A stretch of DNA of 64,000 nucleotides, from the NCBI GenBank assembly GCA_048362915.1, contig DBFPAR010000021.1:127484-191483 (forward strand). Reading direction: 5' to 3'. Positions 10,025 to 19,487 of this stretch are shown here, piece by piece. Position numbers and translations under genes: made by a program. The notes under the pieces were generated by a model that saw only the letters and a program-made list of their open reading frames with translations, was not told the origin of the DNA and did no database searches. Source of the stretch: Collinsella sp. Its GTDB lineage: Bacteria > Actinomycetota > Coriobacteriia > Coriobacteriales > Coriobacteriaceae. Every line of letters begins with the position of its first letter. Positions within the stretch are counted from its first letter, which is position 1.

Positions 10025-10675
10025 TTAGCGAAAATGAGCTCCGCGCACGCTAAACTTCGCGCGAGCCTTCGCCAGGCAGTCGTAATGACCCACGTTATGG
10101 GCATCGCTCGCGATGAAGCTGTACAGGTTCTGATCGAACAGGCGCTGTGCCGGCTTTTTCTCGCGACCAAAGCGACCGCCGGCAATAAAGTCCGCCGAAG
10201 CCTGCAGCTTGCAGCCCATATCGACCAGACGCTCCGCCACGCTTACATCCTTTTGAACCGCACGATAGCGCTCAGGATGAGCGATGATCACCTGGTAGCC
10301 ACGACACTGCAAATCGTAAATCGTGTTCTCGTACTCTCTAAACGCATACGCATCGGCATGCGTCGAAAGCTCGAGCAGAAACTCGTTGGTCCCATCGAAA
10401 TGCAAGTGCTCCGCGGCATCGATACCAAGCTCAACGAGCTTTCGATGGTTGACCTCGAAGCCCATCTGGAGCGGAAAACCGTCAGCGTTATCACGCAGCA
10501 GCTCAAAGGCATCCCACATCTTGTCGTAATCAAAATAGGGATCACGGCAGTGAGGAGTGCAAACGATTCTGGTTACACCGGCCCGCTTGGCAGCCTCGAG
10601 CATCGCCAAGCTCTCATCGAGATCGGCGGCGCCGTCGTCTACACCCGGCAAGATATGGCAATGAATGTCACGCAT
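10025..10675 (-). CDS. CpsB/CapC-family PHP tyrosine-protein phosphatase
   Basis: DIHCHILPGVDDGA, TPH, IAHPERY, ASDAH. Confidence 0.93.
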   Translation of the reverse strand: MRDIHCHILPGVDDGAADLDESLAMLEAAKRAGVTRIVCTPHCRDPYFDYDKMWDAFELLRDNADGFPLQMGFEVNHRKLVELGIDAAEHLHFDGTNEFLLELSTHADAYAFREYENTIYDLQCRGYQVIIAHPERYRAVQKDVSVAERLVDMGCKLQASADFIAGGRFGREKKPAQRLFDQNLYSFIASDAHNVGHYDCLAKARAKFSVRGAHFR

Positions 10676-10692
10676 AGGTCAGCCTTAATCAA

Positions 10693-11430
10693 CTAAACGT
10701 TTGCTCGGTTGGTGAAGATGCCCTTTTTGGAAGTCCCCTGATCGTCGGAGCCCTTCTTAACCTTCTTACCGTCCTTGGTGTAGTAGGAGTAGTAGTACTC
10801 GCTGGTCTCGGTCTCGCAGTAGTTCATGACGGTACCGATGAGCTTGACCTTCTCGGACTTCTTAAGCTGGCCGATAGCGTTGAGCGCCTCCTCGCGCTTG
10901 GTGAAGTCCTCGCGCACCACGAACAGCGTACCGTCGGTCAGGCTGGCAATCTCGGCAGCATCGATGAAGGTGCCGACCGGGGGAGCATCAAAGATGACGT
11001 ACTGGAACTTGGCAGACAGTGCCTTTACCAGCTTGGCAAAGCGGTGAGAGACGATGATGTCGGCAGGATTGGGAATATGCGGCTCGGCATCGAGGAAGTA
11101 GAAGTTCTTCTGACCCGTCTCGACAATCGCCTGGTCAATGGAGATCTGCTCGGAAAGAACCGCATAGAGTCCGCCGCGCGAACGAACGCCGAGCATATCG
11201 GAAAGGGACCTGCGGCGCATATCGGCCTCGACCAGGAGCACGGACTTGCCGCTCGTAGCGATAGCCTGGGCAAGGTTGATGGAAACCGTAGACTTGCCCT
11301 CGTTGGGAATCGAGGACGTAACGGTGATGGTGCGAATGGGGTCGTCCACGCTCGCAAAGCGGATGTTGGCCAGAAGGGTCTTGGCGGCATTCTGTACAAC
11401 GAGCTTATCGGTGTTCTTTGCCTTAGCCAT
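10693..11430 (-). CDS. CpsD/CapB-family BY tyrosine kinase
   Basis: Walker A PNEGKST, DAPP, C-terminal Tyr cluster EYYYSYY. Confidence 0.93.
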   Translation of the reverse strand: MAKAKNTDKLVVQNAAKTLLANIRFASVDDPIRTITVTSSIPNEGKSTVSINLAQAIATSGKSVLLVEADMRRRSLSDMLGVRSRGGLYAVLSEQISIDQAIVETGQKNFYFLDAEPHIPNPADIIVSHRFAKLVKALSAKFQYVIFDAPPVGTFIDAAEIASLTDGTLFVVREDFTKREEALNAIGQLKKSEKVKLIGTVMNYCETETSEYYYSYYTKDGKKVKKGSDDQGTSKKGIFTNRANV

Positions 11431-11432
11431 GC

Positions 11433-12089
11433 CTATTTACCACCTTTCATAGCCGGAATTCGGCCAACAACGGGAATGCCCAGGAGCTCTTCTGCCTCTT
11501 CGGCACCGCGGATGCGGGTGTTGAGCATGTCTGCCAAAACGACATAGGCAACTGCGATAAAGATGCCCGCGAGGAACGCGACAGCAACGTACAGCATACG
11601 CTTGGGGCCGCTGGGGACTTCGGGAGTCTTAGCCTCGTCGATAACGTTGATGCTCTGGGCAGCGCCGACGTTCTGAGCGACCGTACTCACCGAGCTGGCC
11701 ATGGCCTTTGCGACCTTAGCCGTCTCCTTGGCATCGGTGCCGGTAACCGAAAGCGTAATGACACGCGTGGTGGTCTCGGAGGAAACAGACACCTTGTAGT
11801 CATCCAGGTCAGCAAGGCCCAGCTCATTGGCAGCACCGCTCTTAACGCTATCGCTATCCAGCAGCGTGGCGATATCGTTGGAAAGCATCTGGCTCGCCGA
11901 GAGATCGTTGTAGCTCATCTGACCGCTATCGTCGGTTTTGGCGAGAATGTACATGCTCGTCGTCGCGGTGTAGGTGTTGTCCATCGCAACGAAGGACACG
12001 ATGCCCATGGCGATCGCGCAGACCACCGGAAGGGTGATGACCAGCTTAAGGTGCTTCTTCAACAGCTGGAACAGTTCGAGAAGGGTCAT
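11433..12089 (-). CDS. CpsC/Wzz-like chain-length determinant / kinase modulator
   Basis: Two TM segments, YTATTSMY, P-x-x-P-x-x-P before TM2, LGIPVVGRIP. Confidence 0.9.
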   Translation of the reverse strand: MTLLELFQLLKKHLKLVITLPVVCAIAMGIVSFVAMDNTYTATTSMYILAKTDDSGQMSYNDLSASQMLSNDIATLLDSDSVKSGAANELGLADLDDYKVSVSSETTTRVITLSVTGTDAKETAKVAKAMASSVSTVAQNVGAAQSINVIDEAKTPEVPSGPKRMLYVAVAFLAGIFIAVAYVVLADMLNTRIRGAEEAEELLGIPVVGRIPAMKGGK

Positions 12090-12284
12090 GCAGCTTGCCT
12101 TTCATTTCCCCAGTTCGGATTGACAAAACTGTTCGTATGTTATCGCATCTTTTTACCGAGACCAAACTCTATACATAAGAAACAGGCTCTCCTGTAAAAA
12201 TGTCGGAAGCAATCGTAAAATTGCACAACAACGCCGCACCCGAAAGTCAAATGCGGCGTCTGCATCAATATCTATGTTGTATCG

Positions 12285-13709
12285 CTATGCGAATGGCTCG
12301 TCCTGCCGTATGGGAAACGTCACCGTAATGGTGGTTCCCACGCCCAACTCGCTCGACAGATCGAGCGTGGCGTGATGATACAGGGCCGCATGCTTGACAA
12401 TTGCAAGCCCCAGACCGGTTCCGCCGCGCGCCTTGGACCTACTCTTGTCCACGCGATAGAACCGCTCAAATACCTTGCCCTGTTCTTCAGGCGCGATACC
12501 GATTCCCGTGTCGGCGACCGCAAGGAACGGATGGCCTTCGTCGTTGGTGCCGCACTGCAGCGTAACCGCACCGCCGGGTCGATTGTAGCGGATGGCGTTG
12601 CTCGCCAGATTATAGATGAGCTCGTCAATCAAGCGCGACACGCCTTCGATGACCACAGGCTTGGTCTCATGACTTATCGTCACATTCGCCTGACGGGCGA
12701 CCTGTTCAAGACGCTGCTCAACCGCGTAGATGGCACGCGAGAGCTCAATAGGCTCCGTGGAACCAATGGGCACCGCCTCGCCCTCAGTTGCACGCTCGGC
12801 CTCGTCCAAGTTAGACAGCGTAAGGATATCGTTGACAAGCGCTGCCAAGCGGCCCGCCTCACGATAGATGCGACCGCCAAAGTTGCGCAGGTCACCCTCG
12901 CCCTCGACCATGCCGTTTGCGATGAGCTCGGCATAGCCCGAAATCGCCGTAAGCGGCGTCTTGAGCTCATGGGTGATATTCGCCGTGAACTCGCGGCGCA
13001 TACGGTCGTTGTCCGCCAGCACCGCCATTTGGCGCTTGAGCTCCTGGCGCTGCGACTCAATACGCTCAAGCATGGGGACCATCTCGGCATAGGCGTGCTC
13101 ATAGCTACGGCGTGGGTGGTCCAAATCCACCTCTTGCAACGGCGCGATGATGGCACGGGACTCGCGGCGCGCCATAAAAAACGAGAATACCGCACCCGCT
13201 GCTGCGATAAGCAGCATCGGCGCCACCATCGACAGCAAAATCGCCGCAACGCCAGGCTGGGCCTGCGCCAAGCGGACAACCTGGCCGTTATCAAGGGCGA
13301 CGGCGCGATACAGCATAATCTCGTCGAGCGTAGAGCTTGCGCGCTCCGCGGAACCCGAACCACTCTCAAAGGCCTCGATGACCTCGGGGCGATCGCCATG
13401 GTTGGGCAGTATGGAATGCGACGCCTCGTTGTCGTAGGCAACCGATCCATCCTTGTTAATCAGCGTGATGCGCAAGTCCTCTCGATCGAGGCTACGCAAG
13501 AACGGGATGGGCTCCTGCTGCTCGTCGAGGGCGGCAGCAATGAGCTCGGTTTCTTGCGCCAGGTTGGCACTCGTGGCATCCGCCAAGGTGTTTTGCACAA
13601 AGAACGCACCCAGCACCGTAAACGCCACGATAACCGCCATGGCGCAGACAAAGATCGTCACAAAAACGCGGTGCGACAGCGTATGTTTTCCCTGGGGGGC
13701 GAAGACCAC
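12285..13709 (-). CDS. PhoR-like sensor histidine kinase
   Basis: REFTANITHELKTPL H-box, FERFYRVDKSRS, GGTGLGLAIVKH; in operon with pstB. Confidence 0.9.
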   Translation of the reverse strand: MVFAPQGKHTLSHRVFVTIFVCAMAVIVAFTVLGAFFVQNTLADATSANLAQETELIAAALDEQQEPIPFLRSLDREDLRITLINKDGSVAYDNEASHSILPNHGDRPEVIEAFESGSGSAERASSTLDEIMLYRAVALDNGQVVRLAQAQPGVAAILLSMVAPMLLIAAAGAVFSFFMARRESRAIIAPLQEVDLDHPRRSYEHAYAEMVPMLERIESQRQELKRQMAVLADNDRMRREFTANITHELKTPLTAISGYAELIANGMVEGEGDLRNFGGRIYREAGRLAALVNDILTLSNLDEAERATEGEAVPIGSTEPIELSRAIYAVEQRLEQVARQANVTISHETKPVVIEGVSRLIDELIYNLASNAIRYNRPGGAVTLQCGTNDEGHPFLAVADTGIGIAPEEQGKVFERFYRVDKSRSKARGGTGLGLAIVKHAALYHHATLDLSSELGVGTTITVTFPIRQDEPFA

Positions 13710-13712
13710 GGG

Positions 13713-14441
13713 TTACTCCTCCGATGCGGTGGCCGCGGTGTCGTCACCTTCGGCACCATCACCGGCAGAAGGCTCGGCCAAGCGGTAGCCCACGCCGCGC
13801 ACGGTCTCGATGGCGCTGGCATGCTCGCCCAGTTTTTGGCGAAGCGTCTGCACGTGCACGTCAACGGTGCGCGAACCGCCGTCGAAGTCCCAGCCCCACA
13901 CGCTCTGCAGCAACGACTCGCGGGTAAAGACCACGCCGGGCTTGCGCATGAGGTACTCGAGCAGGTCGAACTCGCGCAGGGTGAGCTTAAGCGACTCGCC
14001 GGCAACAGTCACCTCACGATGGCTGGGCGAGAGCACAATGTCGCCCACGCTGAGCACATCGCTTGCCTGTTTGACCATGCCGCCGCGACGCAGCAGTGCG
14101 CGGCAGCGGCTGGCGAGCTCCATGAGCGAAAACGGCTTAGTCAGGTAATCGTCGGCACCGCCATCGAGCGCCATCACCTTGTCGAGCTCGGTATCCTTGG
14201 CGGTAAGCATCATGATGGGCACCGTCGCCGTCAGGCGATCGGCACGCAGTCGACGCATAATCGCCAAGCCATCGGTATCGGGCAGCATGATGTCGAGCAG
14301 GACGGCATCGGGTACCCGTCGCGCCACGGCAGCCTTAAACTCACCGTCGCACGAAAAGCCTTCGGCCTCAATCCCCTGCTTGCGCAGCGCATAGACCGTC
14401 AAATCCCTGATGTTGTCATCGTCCTCGACGTAATAGATCAT
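13713..14441 (-). CDS. PhoB/PhoP-like OmpR-family response regulator
   Basis: VEDD, LLDIMLP, GADDYLTKPF, SRTVDVHV, ETVRGVGY. Confidence 0.92.
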   Translation of the reverse strand: MIYYVEDDDNIRDLTVYALRKQGIEAEGFSCDGEFKAAVARRVPDAVLLDIMLPDTDGLAIMRRLRADRLTATVPIMMLTAKDTELDKVMALDGGADDYLTKPFSLMELASRCRALLRRGGMVKQASDVLSVGDIVLSPSHREVTVAGESLKLTLREFDLLEYLMRKPGVVFTRESLLQSVWGWDFDGGSRTVDVHVQTLRQKLGEHASAIETVRGVGYRLAEPSAGDGAEGDDTAATASEE

Positions 14442-14505
14442 GTTGAACCCCTTTGCGGCCGGCATGACCGCATCTTAACCCTAAAGGTACCTTTACTAGA
14501 TGGTA

Positions 14506-15381
14506 TCAGCCAAAACGCCCCGTCAAATAATCCGCCGTGCGCGGATCGGTCGGATTCTTGAAGAGTTGCGCGGTGGGCGCGTGCTCCACCAGCTCACCCA
14601 GCAAAAAGAATGCGACCGAATCGGAGATACGCGCCGCCTGCTGCATATTGTGCGTAACGACCACGAGCGTGCAGGTCTCTTTGAGCTCGCAGGCCAGCTG
14701 CTCCACCACCAGCGTCGACACAGGGTCGAGTGCCGAGGTCGGCTCGTCCATCAGCAGAATGTCGGGCTGCACGGCAAGTGCGCGGGCGATGCACAGACGC
14801 TGCTGCTGGCCGCCCGAAAGACCCAGACCCGACTCTTTGAGCTTGTCCTTGACCTCATCCCATAGCGCAGCGCGACGAAGGGAATCCTCGACCAGCTCGT
14901 CGAGCACGACGCGGTCGCGCACTCCCATGCCGCGAGGACCGTAGGCGACGTTGTCGTAGATGCTCATGGGAAACGGGTTGGGGCGCTGGAACACCATGCC
15001 CACGCGCTGGCGCAAGCGGCAGATGTCGTAGTCGCCCAGGATATCTTGACCATCGAGCGCAATCTTGCCCTCGATGCGGCAATCCTTGATGCCGTCGTTC
15101 ATGCGGTTAAAGCAGCGCAGCAACGTGGACTTTCCGCAGCCCGAAGGCCCGATGAACGAGGTGATCTGCTTGTCGCGGATCTTGATATTCACGTCCTTGA
15201 GCGCATGATGGTCGCCATAGAACAGGTCGAGGCCCTCGACATCGATTCGCGTCGGCGAGGCGGCAAGATCCTCTGCCGTGGGGCGAGTCGCATCCCCAAC
15301 CTCGCGCTCGTGCGCGGCCTCGGCCTGCGCTTTCATGAGTTCTTCAAGCTCCGTGGGCTCCGCAGCCGCAGCAGCCGTCAT
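14506..15381 (-). CDS. pstB: Phosphate ABC transporter ATP-binding protein
   Basis: [60 protein letters not shown]. Confidence 0.95.
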   Translation of the reverse strand: MTAAAAAEPTELEELMKAQAEAAHEREVGDATRPTAEDLAASPTRIDVEGLDLFYGDHHALKDVNIKIRDKQITSFIGPSGCGKSTLLRCFNRMNDGIKDCRIEGKIALDGQDILGDYDICRLRQRVGMVFQRPNPFPMSIYDNVAYGPRGMGVRDRVVLDELVEDSLRRAALWDEVKDKLKESGLGLSGGQQQRLCIARALAVQPDILLMDEPTSALDPVSTLVVEQLACELKETCTLVVVTHNMQQAARISDSVAFFLLGELVEHAPTAQLFKNPTDPRTADYLTGRFG

Positions 15382-15456
15382 ACCGCATACCTCCACATCG
15401 ATATCAATTCAGCAGTATCGATAGTAGGAATCGCGGCTCATATGCACGTGAGCGCA

Positions 15457-15474
15457 TTGTCAAGTGTTTGTAAG
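15457..15474 (-). promoter_or_regulatory. Possible Pho-box-like direct repeat upstream of pstB
   Basis: Minus strand cTTACAa-acac-TTGACAa, 11-bp period typical of OmpR-family sites. Confidence 0.35.
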
Positions 15475-15484
15475 GGCACACTGG

Positions 15485-16723
15485 CTATGCGGCGGGCAGC
15501 TCGATGGTGAATATCGTGTGTTCGGGCGTCGATTCACATGCAACGGTACCGCCGTGCGCGCATACGATCTCCTTGGCGATGGCAAGCCCCAGTCCAGCGC
15601 CGCCGCGATTGGTCGCACGCGCCGCATCCAGGCGATAGAACTTCTCAAAGATCACCTTGAGCTTTGCCTCAGGGATGGGATCGCCCTGATTGATAAAGCG
15701 CACGCGCACGCCACCGCCGTCCCGGCGTCTGGCCTCGATCGTGATGGTCGAGCCCTCATAGCTATAGGCAATAGCGTTTTTCATGATGTTGTTGAACACG
15801 CGAGCCATTTTGTCGCCATCCACGAGCACCGTCAGGTCCTCGCAAATATCAACTTGGACTTCCTTATGCTGCTCGTTGAGGATGGGATAGAACTCGTCAG
15901 CCACCTGAGCCAGCAGCAACCCCAGATCAACATAGCCGCGCGTGAGCACGATATCGTGGAAGTCAAAGCGCGTGATATCGAAGAACTCTTCGATGAGCGT
16001 ATCGAGCCGGTGCGCCTTGTCGAGCGCCACGCCCGTAAAGCGCGCACGTTGCTCAACCGGCAGCTCGGGAGCCTCTTGCAGCAGCGAAAGATAGCCCACC
16101 ACACTGGCAAGCGGGGTGCGTAGGTCATGTGCCAAGTACGTGACCAAATCGTCCTTGCGATGCGACTCGTCACGCAGAGCTTGCTGCACCTTGCGCTCAC
16201 GGTCACGTACGCGGTTAAGGGCGCCCTCGACCTCCAAGAAGTCGCCGTCGATGTTATCCCAGGTGTCGGGGTGATCGATCAGGCGATCTTGAATACGAGC
16301 GGCCAGCACACAATCGGCATGCTGCTCGCCCTGCTCGTAGCCCTGGTAGTACAGGGCGCGGCCACACAAGAACAGCACGCACGCGGCAAGCGCCAGCACA
16401 AAGCCAAGCATGTTGAATACAAAGCCGGCATCGAACAGCACCGGCCCTTCGATGCCGCCGAGCGCCATGGCGCCAATCGCCAACGTCATGGCCCACGCGG
16501 CGCCGCCAATCACCACGCAGCGGCACACGATCTCAAATCGATCGATCAGCAAAAAGCCGACAAGCAGCACCGCCAAGATTCCGACGATGTTGTCGATGCC
16601 AATCAGCAGCAGGCTCAGCAAAAAGAGCAGCACCGTTGCAAGCGCGCGGTTGTCGACGACCGACCTCACGTATTCAAAGAGCCGATCGGGCACCTCGAAC
16701 GCTTGCCTATCGTCTTTTGTCAT
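15485..16723 (-). CDS. VanS-like sensor histidine kinase
   Basis: RKDDLVTYLAHDLRTPLASVVGYLSLL, IEEFFDITRF, ARVFNNIMKNAIAYS, FYRLDAAR. Confidence 0.88.
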   Translation of the reverse strand: MTKDDRQAFEVPDRLFEYVRSVVDNRALATVLLFLLSLLLIGIDNIVGILAVLLVGFLLIDRFEIVCRCVVIGGAAWAMTLAIGAMALGGIEGPVLFDAGFVFNMLGFVLALAACVLFLCGRALYYQGYEQGEQHADCVLAARIQDRLIDHPDTWDNIDGDFLEVEGALNRVRDRERKVQQALRDESHRKDDLVTYLAHDLRTPLASVVGYLSLLQEAPELPVEQRARFTGVALDKAHRLDTLIEEFFDITRFDFHDIVLTRGYVDLGLLLAQVADEFYPILNEQHKEVQVDICEDLTVLVDGDKMARVFNNIMKNAIAYSYEGSTITIEARRRDGGGVRVRFINQGDPIPEAKLKVIFEKFYRLDAARATNRGGAGLGLAIAKEIVCAHGGTVACESTPEHTIFTIELPAA

Positions 16724-16749
16724 ATCAAGATCCTCACAAGCGAAAAGCG

Positions 16750-17445
16750 TTATTCGATGATGTAGCCGACGCCCCAGACGTTTTTGATAAAGCGTGGCTT
16801 TTGTGCGTCGTCGCCGATCTTTTCGCGCAGGTGGCGAATATGCACCATCACCGTATTGTTGGAGCCGGGCATAAAGTCCTCGTTCCACACCGCGCGGAAC
16901 AGGTCCTCCACGGCCACCACGCTGCCGCGATGCTCGACCAGATACAGCAAGATTGAATACTCGGTGGGTGTGAGGCGTACCGGCGCACCGTCCACCGTCA
17001 CGGAACGAGCGTCGCGGTTGATCTCCAAGCCGTCGAGCTGAATGGTCGGCGACTCGGCCGCCTGTGCACGGCTACCGTAGCTGGTGTAGCGGCGAAGCTG
17101 AGCGTGCACGCGCGCGATGAGCTCCAGCGGACGGAACGGCTTAACCACGTAATCGTCCGCGCCAAGCGAAAGGCCCCCGATCTTGTCTTGCTGAGCATCG
17201 CGCGCCGTCAGCATGATCACGGGATAGGTATGGCTGGAACGGATCGTACGCAGCAGCTCAAACCCATCGATATCGGGCAGCATGACATCCAGCAGCGCCA
17301 GATCGAACTCCTGCTCCAAGATTGCCTTGGCAGCATCGGCCCCGCTATAGGCAATCTGGACATCAAAGCCCTCTTTTGTAAGGTAGATACCAACCAAGTC
17401 GGCGATGGCCTTCTCGTCATCAACTACCAGTATGCGCTCGTTCAT
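16750..17445 (-). CDS. VanR-like OmpR-family response regulator
   Basis: ILVVDDEKAIADLV, KPFRPLELIARV, NNTVMVHIRHLREK, VWGVGY. Confidence 0.9.
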   Translation of the reverse strand: MNERILVVDDEKAIADLVGIYLTKEGFDVQIAYSGADAAKAILEQEFDLALLDVMLPDIDGFELLRTIRSSHTYPVIMLTARDAQQDKIGGLSLGADDYVVKPFRPLELIARVHAQLRRYTSYGSRAQAAESPTIQLDGLEINRDARSVTVDGAPVRLTPTEYSILLYLVEHRGSVVAVEDLFRAVWNEDFMPGSNNTVMVHIRHLREKIGDDAQKPRFIKNVWGVGYIIE

Positions 17446-17510
17446 ACGTGCTCCTCTCGCGCTCCATTATGCCCGAGGCGACGCACGCCACACACAACAA
17501 GCGTGGGTGA

Positions 17511-17526
17511 TTAAGTCGGCCTTAAG
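17511..17526. promoter_or_regulatory. TTAAG-N6-TTAAG direct repeat, candidate response-regulator site
   Basis: 11-bp-period repeat in the divergent vanR-like/dac intergenic region. Confidence 0.4.
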
Positions 17527-17642
17527 CACCCTTGTGCCCGTTCGGGTGCGGATGTGGGCCACGCACGCACGCGATGATCGCCGACGCCGGCAAACGATAT
17601 ACTCTAGTTCCAGAAGAGACCATCCCGTCGAAAGCGAAATCC

Positions 17643-18983
17643 GTGAAGTCCCTCACCCCTTTTGCAAAGCGCTCAGCCCAGCTTGCCGCCGGCTTTGTCT
17701 GCGCTATCGCCCTTGCCGCTGGCGTGCCCACCGTCGCCGGCGCCCAAGTGCTCACGACCGACAATGTTTGCGGCAAAACCGCCGATGTGCGCGGTATCAC
17801 GGCCGAAAACCTGCCCGATATCGATGCGACCAATGCCCTCGTCATGGGCAAAGACGGGACCGTCTACTATGCCCGCGACGCCGATGAGCAGGTCAAGATT
17901 GCCTCGACCACCAAGGTCATGACCGCAATCCTAACCGTCGAGAATTGCAAGATGGACGAGAAGGTCACGGTGAGCAACGCCGCAGCCACCGTGGGCAATT
18001 CGACCGCCGGCTTGCTCGAAGGCGACAAGCTTACCGTGGAGCAGGCGCTGCGCGGCCTGATGATTCCCTCGGGCAACGACGCCGCCATCGTGCTCGCCGA
18101 ATATGTGGGCAAGAAGATCGACCCTAAGACCAAAGACGCCGAGGCCACATTTGTGAAGGCCATGAACGAGCGCGCTAAGAAGCTCGGCTGCACCGGTACG
18201 CTTTTTGAAAACCCGCATGGTCTGGACTTTGATGAGTGGGCTGGCGATATGCACTCAACCGCACACGACGTAGCGCTGATGATGCAGGAGGCCATGAAAA
18301 ACGACACGATCCGCGAGGTCGTAGCGAGCGAGGATTCCTGGATCGAGGTCACGGGCGCCGACGGCACCGACCATTCGCATTCCATGGACACGCATAACTA
18401 TTTGCTGGGCCAAGATGGCAACATCGGTGGCAAGACCGGCACCACCGACGACGCGGGCTATTGCTTTACGAGCGCCTACAACCGCGACGGCGACGAGATC
18501 TACACCGTTATTTTGAACTCCACCACCACCGATCAGCGCTTTACCGATACCGCCACCCTTGTCAACTGGTACTACGACCACAAGGTGACGGTCGCAATCG
18601 CCAACACGCAAGAAAAGACCGCCAACGGCAACCCGCTTATGGCGCGCATTAGTCAAACCGACTGGACGGATAAGACAATCGACGCCACGCTCGCCGACCC
18701 CGCCGCACAGGCAACGGTGTTCTCACTCGCCGGCGAAGTGACCGAAAAAGTTAGCTACGATGACCTTTCGGGCACGGTGCATGTTGGCGACAAGGTAGGC
18801 AGCGTTACGCTCAAGCAGGACGGCACCAAGGTCGCCGTCATGGACCTGGTTGCCGACGAGGAAGGCTCGGGGCCGAATCCCATTGAATGGCTGCTCGTGA
18901 AGCTCGATCGCTTGGGCCGCCGCATCGACAACCGGCCACTTGCGGCAGAGAGCGAGACCGTCGCCAAGGCTCCTGAGGTGTAG
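17643..18983 (+). CDS. D-alanyl-D-alanine carboxypeptidase (S11; start uncertain)
   Basis: Signal peptide, SxxK (ASTTK), SxN (SGND), KTG. Confidence 0.92.
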   Translation: MKSLTPFAKRSAQLAAGFVCAIALAAGVPTVAGAQVLTTDNVCGKTADVRGITAENLPDIDATNALVMGKDGTVYYARDADEQVKIASTTKVMTAILTVENCKMDEKVTVSNAAATVGNSTAGLLEGDKLTVEQALRGLMIPSGNDAAIVLAEYVGKKIDPKTKDAEATFVKAMNERAKKLGCTGTLFENPHGLDFDEWAGDMHSTAHDVALMMQEAMKNDTIREVVASEDSWIEVTGADGTDHSHSMDTHNYLLGQDGNIGGKTGTTDDAGYCFTSAYNRDGDEIYTVILNSTTTDQRFTDTATLVNWYYDHKVTVAIANTQEKTANGNPLMARISQTDWTDKTIDATLADPAAQATVFSLAGEVTEKVSYDDLSGTVHVGDKVGSVTLKQDGTKVAVMDLVADEEGSGPNPIEWLLVKLDRLGRRIDNRPLAAESETVAKAPEV

Positions 18984-19114
18984 AGCGCAAGAATAATCAG
19001 CCCACTGAAAGGAGGCGTCCGAAAGGATGCCTCCTTTTTGAGGGTTCGAATCCCCAGCCTCCATTCTTGATAATAAAGAAGGGCCCCAAATGGGACCCTT
19101 CTTCAAATTCGTAC

Positions 19115-19304
19115 TGGCGGAGAGCTGGGGATATCCGGGCATGCTGCGCATGCCCTCCGGCTTCAAAGCCTGGCGGCTTTTCGCCCACGGGCTACAAACG
19201 CTTTCGCGTTTGCTTAACGCCCGTGCCCTCTCGGGTTCGAATCCCCAGCTAACGTTCTCCATACCAAAAAGGGCCCCTTACGGAGCCCTTCTTCAAATTC
19301 GTAC
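19115..19304 (-). repeat. tRNA-linked 190-bp unit (Ser locus)
   Basis: Duplicates the last 18 nt of tRNA-Ser plus trailer/terminator; shared hairpin core; inverted T-arm copy. Confidence 0.85.
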
Positions 19305-19395
19305 TGGCGGAGAGCTGGGGATTCGAACCCCAGATGCCCTTTTGGGGCATACTCGCTTAGCAGGCGAGCACCTTCGGCCTCTCGGTCAGCTCTCC
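19305..19395 (-). tRNA. tRNA-Ser(GCT)
   Basis: GGAGAGCTGACCGAGAGG...CTCGC-CTGCTAA-GCGAG, long variable arm, GGTTCGAATCC, CCA. Confidence 0.97.
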
Positions 19396-19409
19396 GTAAC
19401 AGCCGTTCT

Positions 19410-19438
19410 ATAGTAACCAAACAGCCAAGGATGGGCAA
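19410..19438 (-). promoter_or_regulatory. Sigma70 promoter of tRNA-Ser
   Basis: TTGCCC-N17-TACTAT. Confidence 0.6.
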
Positions 19439-19487
19439 GAGGAAATTTTCTAATTGCCTAGCATCCTTTCCTCCTTGGAAGCTTCGC

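Noticed and set aside
15485..18983. Vancomycin resistance cluster
   Set aside because: No vanA/B/G-type ligase, vanH, vanX or vanT in the window
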